From assembly GCA_000442015.1 (NCBI GenBank), contig KE560700.1, positions 1 to 40,077 of the forward strand: a DNA stretch of 40,077 nucleotides. Reading direction: 5' to 3'. Below the pieces are notes generated by a model. That model was not told the origin of the DNA and ran no database searches. It was given only the letters and a program-made list of their open reading frames with translations. This DNA comes from Rozella allomycis CSF55 (taxonomy: Eukaryota). Both the position numbers and the translations under genes were made by a program. The number at the start of each line of letters is the position of its first letter. Positions within the stretch are counted from its first letter, which is position 1. This document shows, piece by piece, positions 22,521 through 33,360 of the stretch.

Positions 22521-24512
22521 AAAGAAGTCGTTTCCATTTTTCTTTGGTCTATTAAAAGTCATAATATGGTAATAAATAATTTGTCCAGTCTGTTCTCCAA
22601 GAAGGCGTCAAAGTCTTTTTGATTCATCATTTGGACCGGGGTTTCCTGGAAATTACTAAAACAAATTGCTAGAGGATATGTACAAATTGGGTTCGAAAAG
22701 AATGCTTTGATCTTCAGGAACAAGAAATACTACTGTAGAACATAACGAGCAGCTACACGACATGAGTCATGAATGTGCATTCACGATAATTCTCAGTCGT
22801 TTTTGCAACAATGCCAAAATTGGCGTCATTGATGGGACGAGAGTGGTTGTTATTTATTTGATTCAGCAGTCGGAAGCGTCAGATGTGTTGGGAAAAAGTA
22901 AGCCGAAATTATTTGAATATATTTGGACTATGAGCCATGGTTGCTTGGATGTATTGTTGAATTCTATTAAAGAGTTATTGTTTAAAAAACTACCCAATTC
23001 GAAAATGTAATTATTAAACAATTTGTGTTTCTCTTACACCTCAATTGAATGAACATACACGAAAAGAAAGAATTGTTGTTGGATAAAGAACAATTATTTA
23101 AATTTGTGTTAAAGTTGAATTTTAACGTTGCCACATATCAAATACCGAGATATATAGTCTACCGGTTTATGGAACAATTCGTCTGGTGCAAACATCGTTC
23201 TAGACAGGACTAAAGTCATACAAATTGAATGTAAACACAATATATTTAACACGGACATTTGTAACCTTGTTTACATAGACTGCTAATTGTTTGAATACAT
23301 TCTTGAGCAAAATGATCCTGTCAATGGTCAATGTACAACAAAACCCATAATCATTCAAGAATATTATTTTCGACAAATCTAACAGACCATTTATTGCCAC
23401 TCTTGTAACCTGGATATATCCAGAGGAGATGCTCACCATGTTCCAATGGACATGCTAACGTGGCATTGTGCGGCATGGTCAATGTGTTCGGGCACTGTGC
23501 TGGTGGCAAACCCAACGTCTGGCCACATAACTGAGGGCATAGAAAGTCATAGCGTGCATTGTTGATCTTTTTTGATAAAATAGAGCTGCATGTTTAACCA
23601 AATCAATAACATTCATTTAAACTGAATTGAGCACAATTCCGTCGTGATTATTAATGACGATATCAATGACAATATCGTTTTCAAAGTCGTTAAGGTGGCC
23701 AAACGAAGCAGGCCAAGGATCATTGTCATTAATCTCTGCTTTGTCATATATTGAAAGTTACGAGAGATAAATAATTGTCACAATGAAACATGTCCCATCT
23801 GCAATCATCGTTAGATTTCCATCAACGATCCCGGCGGGGCCGGCAACAATATCATTGCAGTTGGCAGGGAGTTTGGTCAATGCAAATGATAAATGTGTCC
23901 TGTGAAAAACGTGTATAGTTATAGATCCATCTCTATTTTTGTTCTCTTGACTGAACGAACAATCGTCAAGGAATGTTTGAACTTCGTCAAGCATAAAGTC
24001 AGGACTAGCAGTTGACGACACTCCAAAGGCAATATATTCGTCAGTCCAATTACTCCGGTGATGCCTCGAGACTTATCTGTCATCAAAGCCTCAATCCAAG
24101 TAACTAGTGTTCGATGAACATTTTGGCTCTTTCCATATATGTGACTAAAAGAAATAAGTTCTCAATCGTCATCTTTGATCCTTGATTCAAATTTTGTTTT
24201 GAACTTGTCATTTTCTGGTAGGTTGAGCCAACCTGTAAACTGTTGACTCATTTTTGTTGACAGGGGTATTAAAACGCGGGTTCATTTACTTGCTTTGATC
24301 GGAAACCAAAGAACTTCAAAAAATTCGTAAGAAATATCTTCATCAATAAATTGCTTATTGCATGAGCAGATGTAAAAATTACCATGAGTGGCGCTTACCC
24401 ATTTCAATGTAGTCTGTACTGTGTAAAAAACAATGTCAATGCAATGTCTAATAGGCCAAATTGCACTGGTTTCAAAAAAAATGCGTTAAAAATGGCAGTG
24501 GCACACGAAAAC

Positions 24513-24804
24513 GAAGAACACTATGGCTTTGGGCTGTAATCAAGATTTAGGAGTGATTAGAAATATATTTTAAGCTTTATTCACTTGTTTTTCTTTAAAA
24601 TACTGAACAATTTTAGAATGCAAACTGTCATCGCTCGTTGCTAAAATTCCAGACCCGTTATTTAAAAGCGGCCCATTAGTAAACACCAAGGGGTCGCCAT
24701 TGAGGTGGGAAACAATACCACCAGCCTCTTGGACAATGAGCGCGCCCGCAGCATGATCCTTTTAATGTTCACGATTCTTATTACCCATATTTTTTCATAG
24801 TAAT
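24513..24804. repeat. Second copy of the H4-3'/MET22-3' junction (direct repeat of 21311-21574)
   Basis: Both copies share gaagaac..tttgggctgtaatcaagatt..tttattcacttgtttttctttaaa..ttacccatattttttcata. Confidence 0.92.
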
Positions 24805-25630
24805 TCTCTTTGGTCGCACGCCTAAAAAATATGTTGGCTTTTCCATTAGCGACAAGGCCATATTTGCATTGGCTGTCCATTCTTATTGAATCTTTACTTA
24901 TGTTTAAATCCTTTCTTAAATTTCCAGAGTCGGAATGGCTTGAATGCGGCGATTCATAAGATTCACACAACACTGATGCTTCTGTCTCTCGGGGATGGCA
25001 ATATATTCTTTCTGCTGCAGAAATATCTTCCTCGTCTATTTTCATCTATGATATCATTTAAGAAAGCAAGGATCTACTTGATACGCCCCGCGGTCACGCT
25101 CGGCAAAAAATATTATCCCTCCATCAAGATTAGGACAACACATCGCAGCGACCTGTACTTTACCGTCGAAAATTTTAGCCAAACATATAGCATATTGGTC
25201 TCCTCTAAGATATCCTTTTGTTCCATCTATTGGGTCAATTGTCCAAAATTGCGAATTTGAGGTACACACGTTTCTTCTCAATACTTCTTTGACTGAATTC
25301 TATAAAACAAATTTAGTAATTATACCGGCTTAAAATTAGGTAGCACCTTTTTCACCACATCTTCCACTTTCTCCAAAGTATCATTACTCAATCCTTTATC
25401 ATCTTCCTCTGCTATAAAGTCTGCATTTCCATTCTCCTGCAAAATACTCATAATAACAATTTGAGAAGCGTAGTCAGCAACTTAAATGAACAGATCGTCA
25501 TAAACTAACTTGTAACTGGCGAACTATCAGACTTTATAATGGCAGAGGGAGAATTCACAAATTTGGTTGCTTCTGATGCAAATCTTACAGCTTTAACCGC
25601 AATTTTCAAGTCCTTTGATGCCAATGACAT
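24570..25630 (-). CDS. MET22: 3'(2'),5'-bisphosphate nucleotidase (Hal2/Met22 family)
   Basis: KSDSSPVTIADYASQ, AEED, FWTIDPIDGTKGYLRGDQYAICLA, RMDSQCKY and EKIW|DHAAGALIVQEAGG. Splices in frame with 4 microintrons. Confidence 0.95.
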
Positions 25631-25649
25631 GATTTCAACAATTTCCTAA

Positions 25650-26544
25650 ATGCGTTTCAACAAGTGTGCACGTACTTTTTGCAGGTCTATTTCATATGTT
25701 TCAAACGTTTTTCCTTTTCCTGAAAAATTTTGTAACAAAATAGAAGACTACAACGCAATAACAGGGCAATCTTGGAAAGATTCAATCAAAGCACACAATA
25801 CCATAGATGATTTGATTATCCATGGCCTTACAAAGGATCAATCCTTTGCATTACATAAAGTTTTTATTTCCATGATGGACGAAAAGTATCCAAATCAAAA
25901 TTTGAACAATAGGTTCTGTCAAATCGAGGCTAATCTGATTGAGAATGCGGATATTGAAAACGTAAGCTTATGCCTCTTCTTGTAATTATAAGGAGTCTGC
26001 CGCCATATTAGCAAAAAAGAAGTTCATTTATTATCATCACATCTCCCAGAAAACAGATTATAACCAAAAATATTTTGAATTGATGTACAAAACTAGGGAC
26101 ATTATGAATATGGTAATGTCAAAAACAGATAACTCAGTCCTCCATTTGGGCTCAAATACGAAATTGATTTTCCATTTCTACAAACATAGCTTTCTAGAAT
26201 CGATGAGAAATATGGATGTAAAGATCCATGATGTCCAAAATCAACTGAATGTGAACGTTTCTGATGTGAAGGCATCTCTAGAAGGTGTAAATCCGAGGTT
26301 TACAACTAATATTGTTGCTGCCGTTTCAATAATTGTAGCTTATGTAGGGTACAATATGCTGTTAGCGAAAAGAAAATTAAGTGACAATGACAGACAGAGT
26401 TCAAATCACGTTAAAGATCAAGAAATACAAACATCCACTGAACTTAAAGCGGATACTACAATATCAGGCTCTACCCTGGAAATGGCAGAAAAAGTAGAAA
26501 ATTGCAAGCCCGTTAATGCGGAGCTACAAAGGCAACACAAATAA
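25650..26544 (+). CDS. Divergent DUF1640 (CCDC90/MCUR1/Fmp32-like) mitochondrial coiled-coil protein
   Basis: Arg-rich presequence-like N-terminus, head motif HNTIDDLIIHGLTKDQSFAL, coiled coil MDVKIHDVQNQLNVNVSDVKASLE, then a transmembrane helix. Confidence 0.55.
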
Positions 26545-26570
26545 ATTAAGTAAAACTTTTGGCCGTCCAA

Positions 26571-26643
26571 GCCTTCTTAGCTCAGTTGGCAGAGCGCGTG
26601 CCTAGTAAGCATGAGGTCAGGTGTTCGAATCTCCTAGAAGGCA
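26571..26643 (+). tRNA. tRNA-Thr(AGT)
   Basis: Acceptor stem GCCTTCT/AGAAGGC, D arm TAGCTCAGTTGGCAGAGC, anticodon arm CGTGC-CTAGTAA-GCATG, TTCGAAT loop, and a TTTT terminator nearby. Confidence 0.97.
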
Positions 26644-26658
26644 TTGTTTTAGTTTTAT

Positions 26659-28259
26659 TTATGAATACAATTTAGCTGCCAAATTTCCATCAATGCATGT
26701 TACCATCTTTTTACTCTTGATTTGATTAATTGTGTGTAGGCTATAATAATTGAGCATGTAGATTACTTGACATTAATTTTTTCATTTATTATAAATAAGG
26801 AGTTCTTATTCCTCAGAACATTATCATTAACAGACACTCCTTCAAGATATTGTTTTAAAAGTGATTTCAGGCTATTATTTTCCTGTAAAAGCTCTTTCTT
26901 TTGAGATTCAAGTTGCATTTTATCTAAGACAGCCTTATTCATGCGATTGTAGAAAAAACTTAGTCTTTGGGCACCTGAAATATATGTCGAGTCGCCCTCG
27001 GCCTGTTCTTTTATATGAATATACTTACTTCAAAGAATACGTCGTTGTCATTTGGCACGTCTCTTGAAAAAGTTGTTTCAAAGTGTTTGTTAGAGATAGC
27101 AATAAGCTCACTTTCTGTCTCCAACTTTTTGTTCATTTCAGTTAACTTTATAATTTTTTCGGCTGAATGAATCTTAAAATCTAAATCATTTTTAACTTCT
27201 TTGGCTAGTCTTGCCATGTCAATCAATTTCTTTCTTTCCAGATCACGATAATTCATCATTCTTTGCTTTAAATATTGAAACTGATTTTGGATGGCTTCTT
27301 TCTCTTCTTTCAAAGTGAGTGTTTTTTCTTCGTACTCTTTACTTGTTGAGATATACTTAGACTTCAGGAATGCTATTGAATCCTTAAAAGCATATCATGG
27401 ATCTGTCATACTTGAATTTTTTGGAGTTTTTTTAATTGCTGATCAATTATTTTAGTACTTTGAGAATCCTTTTTCTTTAATGTTTCAAATTGATTTTTCC
27501 TCTCTTCTGTACCCGTATTGTAAGTTGTCCATGACTTTCAAAAACATCAAGGCCTCTTACTGCTTGAAATTGCCTCCATAAATCTTCGATTATACCTTCG
27601 AGTTGTATTCTAAGAGCATGCTTCTCTTCCAAATTTTTGTTCCTAATATCTTCCCTTATGCTTTGGAAATCGTGTTTTGATTCATTTTCAGCTTCAGTAA
27701 ATTCATGCTCCATCCTATGTATTATGCCCAATAAACCAACTTTCTCATTTATAAAGTCCTGTCTAATTCTGATGATTTCTGATTCAAAGTTATTGCACAT
27801 ATCTTTAACTTCTTCTTCAAAGGCCACATCAACCTTCCCTGTCCGCGAAGCGTGCATCGAAATTAGATTTTCGATATTACTCATGTGTGTTCTAATTGAT
27901 ACTTGATATTGCTCTTCAGATTCTTCAATATCTTTTTTGAGACTTTTCACGAGTTCGTTCTTCCTATCTAACTGCTGTGAAAACGATGCTTCCAAAATGG
28001 ATATCCCTGACTTTAGCTCTCTGGTTTTATCTTTTGATAAATTTGAGATTTGTTACGCAGCCTCATAATATTTCGCCACTTCTCTTGAATTTTGATGTCG
28101 TTGAGATGAGAGTTCTTTTCTTCCAAAAGTACATTGCTCTAAATGGCTCAAATATTCATAATTTACCTTAAATTCATGTAATGAAGCTTCAATAATGTCT
28201 CTCTTATCACTGGAATTCGAATTTTTGTCCTTTTTTGCGGATGTTTTCTTTTTCCCCAT
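26659..28259 (-). CDS. DRC2: Dynein regulatory complex subunit 2 (CCDC65)
   Basis: LDRKNELVKSLKKDIEESEEQY..RTHMSNIENLI, NLEEKHALRIQLE..EDLW and LKQYLEGVSVNDNVL. Confidence 0.88.
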
Positions 28260-28469
28260 GTTAGTGACGTCGCTAAGAGATTTTCATACACCAAAAGTAT
28301 ATTTAGCTCTAAATCAATATGATAATAACGATAGAATGTAAAGAGTCAAATTTTTTATTTGTACACTCATGCTCGGGCAAGCCCTATGGAACTGATTACA
28401 GATGAATTATTAGTTATCTTATTGTCCGGTAAAATGTTAGGCGCATTATTCAATGATAAAGTGGGTATT

Positions 28470-29665
28470 TTAACAGAGTTGGCAATCTGGACATTCCTTT
28501 GCACTGCCGCGAGAGATTCGGCTTTGTTGCACACAACTATTTATATTTTTAGGTGGACTGTTACACGAAAGATCAGAAATTCTGTCCCGGATTGATCTTA
28601 GTTTTTCTTCTAATGAAGCTGATTCTTTCGCAATTCTAACTCCTACCCTGCTATAGAGATTATCAATAGCCATGGTTGTTTCGGAAACAACTCTATGCTT
28701 GTGAGTTAAAAAGTCTTTGTATTACTCGACGTTTGTTCGAAGAGTCCCTTTCTTGAATTTTTAGCTCAAGATTGGTTGTTTCTTGTTTTAATTTTTCAAG
28801 TCTTTTTTGAAAGAATCCAAGTTTGCTGTTATACACCAATACTTGATCGTCGTTCCGCTTAATTAATGATACTAATGATGTCTGTGCTTTTTCGATATTC
28901 TCCGCCATTTGTTGTAGTTCCAGCATCAAATCGTTTTTCGTTTCCTCTAATGTGTTGTACCTTGCTAATAAGTCATGAATATGAGGATCATTTATGTCAA
29001 AATAATCAGTAGGAAGTGAAGACACAACTTTCTCAAGGAATTTTTCATATCTTTTATACCGGGCTTTTTTTACTATTTTCCAATATTCTTACCCGCCATT
29101 TTAATGAACCTCTCGTTTCTATCTTGCTCATTCTTAACCTGCAGCTTTAAGTTTTCAATCTCTATTTCCTAGTCGATGAAAAAAAGAATCTAAACCTTCT
29201 GTTCTTTTAACTTTCTCTCAGATATTGCTTTTGAATTTGCGCGTTGCCGTTTTGACTCGTTGTCTTTAAGGAACTTCTCAAACTTAATCACCCTTTCTTT
29301 TATTTGTTTTTGCTGAAATAAACATTCGAAGAAAACTTACTTTCGCTCTCAATTCGTTTTGCTTTTCATAACAATCCTCCATTCGTTTTTTAAACTCGAG
29401 CCTCTTTTTCTCCAACAGCTTATGGACCAACGTCAATTCTTTCTTTTTCTGTAAAAGAAGTGTTGACTGCAAAGATTTTTTCCCTTCATTTGTAAAATCA
29501 TTCTATCACAATAAATAATACCGAATACTTCTTCTTTCAAATATGCTAAGGATCCTCCCCTTTCTTAATAATAAATTCTCATTACAAAATCGGCTTAGCT
29601 CCCCTTTGTGTTACAAAAATGTTTTCTTCTTTAACGGGAGACATTGCTGCTACCGTGTTGGACAT
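28470..29665 (-). CDS. CCDC42/CFAP73-like ciliary coiled-coil protein (DUF4200)
   Basis: QSTLLLQKKKE..KRLEF..FEKFLKDNESKRQRA..YEKFLEKVV..DLLARYNTL. Start position approximate. Confidence 0.8.
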
Positions 29666-29750
29666 TTGCTGGCTGTTGCGAAGGCATTGTAAATGAAAAC
29701 ATCTAAATAAATTGAATTAAGAAGCGGAATTTATTTTTATTTTTTCCCAT

Positions 29751-30506
29751 TCACAAGTATTCCAAATCGTCAGGAATTTCGAATTGCTTTAAAAACGACA
29801 CACCGTCTATATTAAAGGTCTTCGAACAATAGGATTGCAAGGCATATATATTATCTGTCCAGGTATTTATTTTCTGAGATAAATTTTCACTGTTTTGTTC
29901 TTTTCAATAAAATAGGCATGGTTACTATTCTTCTCGAAGGCTTCAGGGTCCAATTCTTTAAAACTGTCCAATTCTTTTTCAATTCTTTTCTTTTCGTTTT
30001 CCAATATCAACAATTCATTTAATTTAACGGTTCTTGTTTCCTTTTTTAATTCAAAAATGTGTGGATACACTTTGATCTTTTCCCACCTTTGCCACACCAA
30101 TTTCTTTATCAAGATCCTTTAACTGATTGTCGATGCGCGATATTTGCTCTCTTAAAGTCTCTAATTTTGTTGTCCTCTGTATATGAATTGACCTATGAAG
30201 TTACCAGATGCCTCGCTGAACTGGGAAAACTCCAAAAATAGTTTGAAGTCCCAATTTTTTCGCCCTGAACAAGATTATCATCAACAAGTGCTTGAAGAAC
30301 TTCTTTAACCGATTGCATAACAATTCCTTTCTGCTTAGGTGCAATTTTTTCCAGCTCCTTCAACTGAAAAAAGTCAGACTATTTATTGGCCCAAGAAATC
30401 ATTACGGTTTCATAGAATAGCTCCAGCAAACGCTTACACTTCTCCTCAAAAGAAAGCCCCTTCATTTTTTTAGACTTTAATCGAAAGATAAATGTAATGA
30501 TACCAT
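29751..30506 (-). CDS. MND1: Meiotic recombination protein Mnd1
   Basis: [71 protein letters not shown]. The first coding exon is ATG alone. Confidence 0.95.
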
Positions 30507-30554
30507 TAATAATTACAGAAATATAAAAACAGGCGCACAAGCCACAAAGATTCT

Positions 30555-31250
30555 TTATTGTTGAATACTACTACGTTTCATTCTTTCCACAACTTCGAAT
30601 AAATTCATTCGTTTCATTTGATTTATGTCTGGTTTTTCTCGACTGGGCTCTTCATTTTCCTTGTTTGCAATGTTCTTCTTTACTACAATTATCCTTGAGT
30701 GGGTACATTTTGATTTGGAACGCTGATCTTTCATGAAAACAATATCAGTCGTAATATCACTCAATGGTAATCTATCACCAAAATTTTCCTTTGTATTGGG
30801 TTCATCGTTTTTAAATATTCTTGTAAACCATGTTTTTCCTTTTTGCATTATTTGTTTGAATCTCTTTTTAGGATTTGTAGTCGAATCTTCATCGAAAATT
30901 TGCAATTCCTGGTATACCACATTGCTTGTACAGAAGTCATTGGTAGTAGATAATGAAGGCCCAATTGTGGTATACTTTTTATTGTGTTTACATTTAACTA
31001 ATTCGCTCTGAATAATTGGGGGAACACTTTTCACTGTTATTTTGCCATGATAAGTTTTATGAAACTTTCCATCTTTAACTCTCTTCCGAACAGCTTGATG
31101 CCGCCTGTACAGGTCAGATTTCAAGGTATAATTGTTTAAATTTTGGCAGGTTAAATAATGGTCGGTATTTTTCTCACGTGAAATATCGCTTAAATCATCC
31201 ATTGAATTAAACAGCTTTCGTTTTACAGAGTTAGTATTGAAATCGGACAT
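30555..31250 (-). CDS. Hypothetical protein, 231 aa
   Basis: Uninterrupted ORF in AT-rich DNA with its stop inside AATAAA. No domain recognised. Confidence 0.65.
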   Translation of the reverse strand: MSDFNTNSVKRKLFNSMDDLSDISREKNTDHYLTCQNLNNYTLKSDLYRRHQAVRKRVKDGKFHKTYHGKITVKSVPPIIQSELVKCKHNKKYTTIGPSLSTTNDFCTSNVVYQELQIFDEDSTTNPKKRFKQIMQKGKTWFTRIFKNDEPNTKENFGDRLPLSDITTDIVFMKDQRSKSKCTHSRIIVVKKNIANKENEEPSREKPDINQMKRMNLFEVVERMKRSSIQQ

Positions 31251-31335
31251 GTAGGTTATGTAAACATTGGGGAAACCTGGTCAATTTTCCTCCAAACCTA
31301 ATATTATAGATTAAAATACTATATTCTAAGTTTTA

Positions 31336-31738
31336 TTAGTCAATTTCATCAATTTCATAACCTAAATCACGACTAATTTTTGCCCGGATCATCCCTTTGT
31401 GGATGCTTGAAAGTTCATTTAGTCTTTCACTAATCAATTTTTTCTCTTCATGTGACAAATCTTTATCAGTCCTTAGCCATTCTCGAGCTATTCTCCGACG
31501 TTTTTCCAACTCTTCCAGTTCAGAATCAGGATTCAAATGACTATCGTGTTTTTCATTCTTTTTCATCTATAATTAAGATTTGGTTTGGAGTTACCCGTTC
31601 AATTTCATGCCTTTGAAAAGGTAAGTTACCATAAAACATCATCGCCACTGGAAAAAACATATAAAAAGCAAATCTTAACGTTTCTTTTAAAGGCTGATGA
31701 TTAATGGACCCATACTTCTTTCGTCCATGAATAACCAT
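31336..31738 (-). CDS. Pet100-like cytochrome c oxidase assembly factor
   Basis: ETLRFAFYMFFPVAMMFY matches the Pet100 pattern. One in-frame microintron joins it to a charged tail. Confidence 0.6.
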
Positions 31739-31791
31739 TTTGCTATGAATTAGGATTTTTACAAAATTTTGTTAAGCCACATATTATTTTT

Positions 31792-32195
31792 ATGCCAAAC
31801 CACATAAATTTTAAGCGAAGAAATTTGAATAAAGAGCATAGACAAAGAAAAAAATCTCTGAAAAACTCAAGAAAACAAAAACCTTTAATCTCCTCCGTCG
31901 AAGTAGATGGTCAGAGTGTTCCTCTACCATTAAGTGTAATAAAGGCGCAAAAAAGGAATCCAAATGTCCCAACTGAAATGTCGAAAAAAACCATAAAGAG
32001 AATGCTCAGGAAAATGACATTACTAGTAAGGCTATTGAGTCTCATTTATAGAACAAATTGAACGGGCTTGGCGAAACAGATGTAGACATGATGATGAATG
32101 TGGAAGAGGGCAATGATGCCTTTGAAATTCAAAAGCCGATTGACCAGATAAATATCACCAAAAATGGAACAACTTTGGGATTTCCTTCATGCTGA
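31792..32195 (+). CDS. Alb1/C11orf98-like pre-60S factor
   Basis: Basic N-terminus FKRRNLNKEHRQRK, central MSKKTIKRMLR, and a spliced C-terminus ..DVDM..NGTTLGFPSC. Confidence 0.6.
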
Positions 32196-32225
32196 AAACA
32201 TTAATAAAACTGCATTAGCTATTTA

Positions 32226-33281
32226 TTAGTACTTTGCCGATGATGCCATAGAAGCCGAAGATGATCTGAGATTTTGGATCTCCTTCCTTAGATCATTTAT
32301 CAAACCCATGATTTCTTGATAGTTTTCTGCAACGCTCTGATCCATCAATCGCTTTAATTGTAACTTATCTCTTTGGTAATCCTTCATAAAGGTTTGAAAC
32401 GAATCTATGAAAGATATTATGTCAGCGGAAATCATATCATTATGGTTTCTAGTGGAATCTTTCATTACTTGATTGACCAAATTGTGTATTTGCCTCGGTA
32501 TTTCTGTGTTCATAATTTTTATTATTTCATTTTGGATTTGAAAACCGAAATCGTGCTCAAATTCCTTTATTTTATAATCGTATTGTTGAAAATGTATCTC
32601 TAATTCCGATTGTATCTGATGAACCAAGTCTTTACATTCTTTGACCACATTAGCAGTTATAATTCCAAGAAATTCTTTTGAATTAAGTATATCTTTCTTT
32701 AAATTTTCGGTCAGCAAAGTACTGCTAAACTTTTGATTTTCTACCTGAGAATTTATGAATTCCAACTTTGTCAAAAATTCATCGAACCTGCTTTCAAAAG
32801 TAATTAATTTAGTTTCCAGCTTGTTGCATTTAGCTTCATGAGTCTTTATGGTAGAAAAATAATCCAATCGCTCCGAGGAAATTTGATGTTTTATCGTGGA
32901 AATTTCTTGATTTACAAATGATAAAATTTCATCTCTTAATAAAATATCATCTCTCTGAGAGAGCTGTGCCAATTGATTCTGATGGGTTGAAATTTCTGTA
33001 ACTTTTCCCTCCATGTCACTAATCGAATTTTTAAGGTCATCAATGGAATTTTTTAATGAAGAAATCATTATTTCGAAATCTTTCTGGGTGCTTTCACGAG
33101 AAATGGAAATTCTCGCATTCAGGCTGGCATTATTTTGATTCAACGCGATAATTGGTTCAGTTAAAGTGCTTGGATGAGATTCATTAATCGATAATTTGCT
33201 ATCATGCTTGCCCTTATAATGTCCAACTTCGGTATGTGAAAGTATATCACCATTATTTTGGCGATAAATCATTCCTCTCAT
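32226..33281 (-). CDS. Hypothetical coiled-coil protein, 351 aa
   Basis: Long uninterrupted ORF with heptad-like periodicity. Confidence 0.7.
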   Translation of the reverse strand: MRGMIYRQNNGDILSHTEVGHYKGKHDSKLSINESHPSTLTEPIIALNQNNASLNARISISRESTQKDFEIMISSLKNSIDDLKNSISDMEGKVTEISTHQNQLAQLSQRDDILLRDEILSFVNQEISTIKHQISSERLDYFSTIKTHEAKCNKLETKLITFESRFDEFLTKLEFINSQVENQKFSSTLLTENLKKDILNSKEFLGIITANVVKECKDLVHQIQSELEIHFQQYDYKIKEFEHDFGFQIQNEIIKIMNTEIPRQIHNLVNQVMKDSTRNHNDMISADIISFIDSFQTFMKDYQRDKLQLKRLMDQSVAENYQEIMGLINDLRKEIQNLRSSSASMASSAKY

Positions 33282-33360
33282 TTTGTTACCAAGCTACGAA
33301 AAAATCCTCATTAAAAATTCAATCTTCAATCTTTAACATTTATTGTATTTTGCATTTCGT

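Noticed and set aside
25293-25325. Possible frameshift or tandem acceptor in MET22 intron 2
   Set aside because: The proximal TAG gives a normal 26-nt intron (25300-25325) that keeps the frame.
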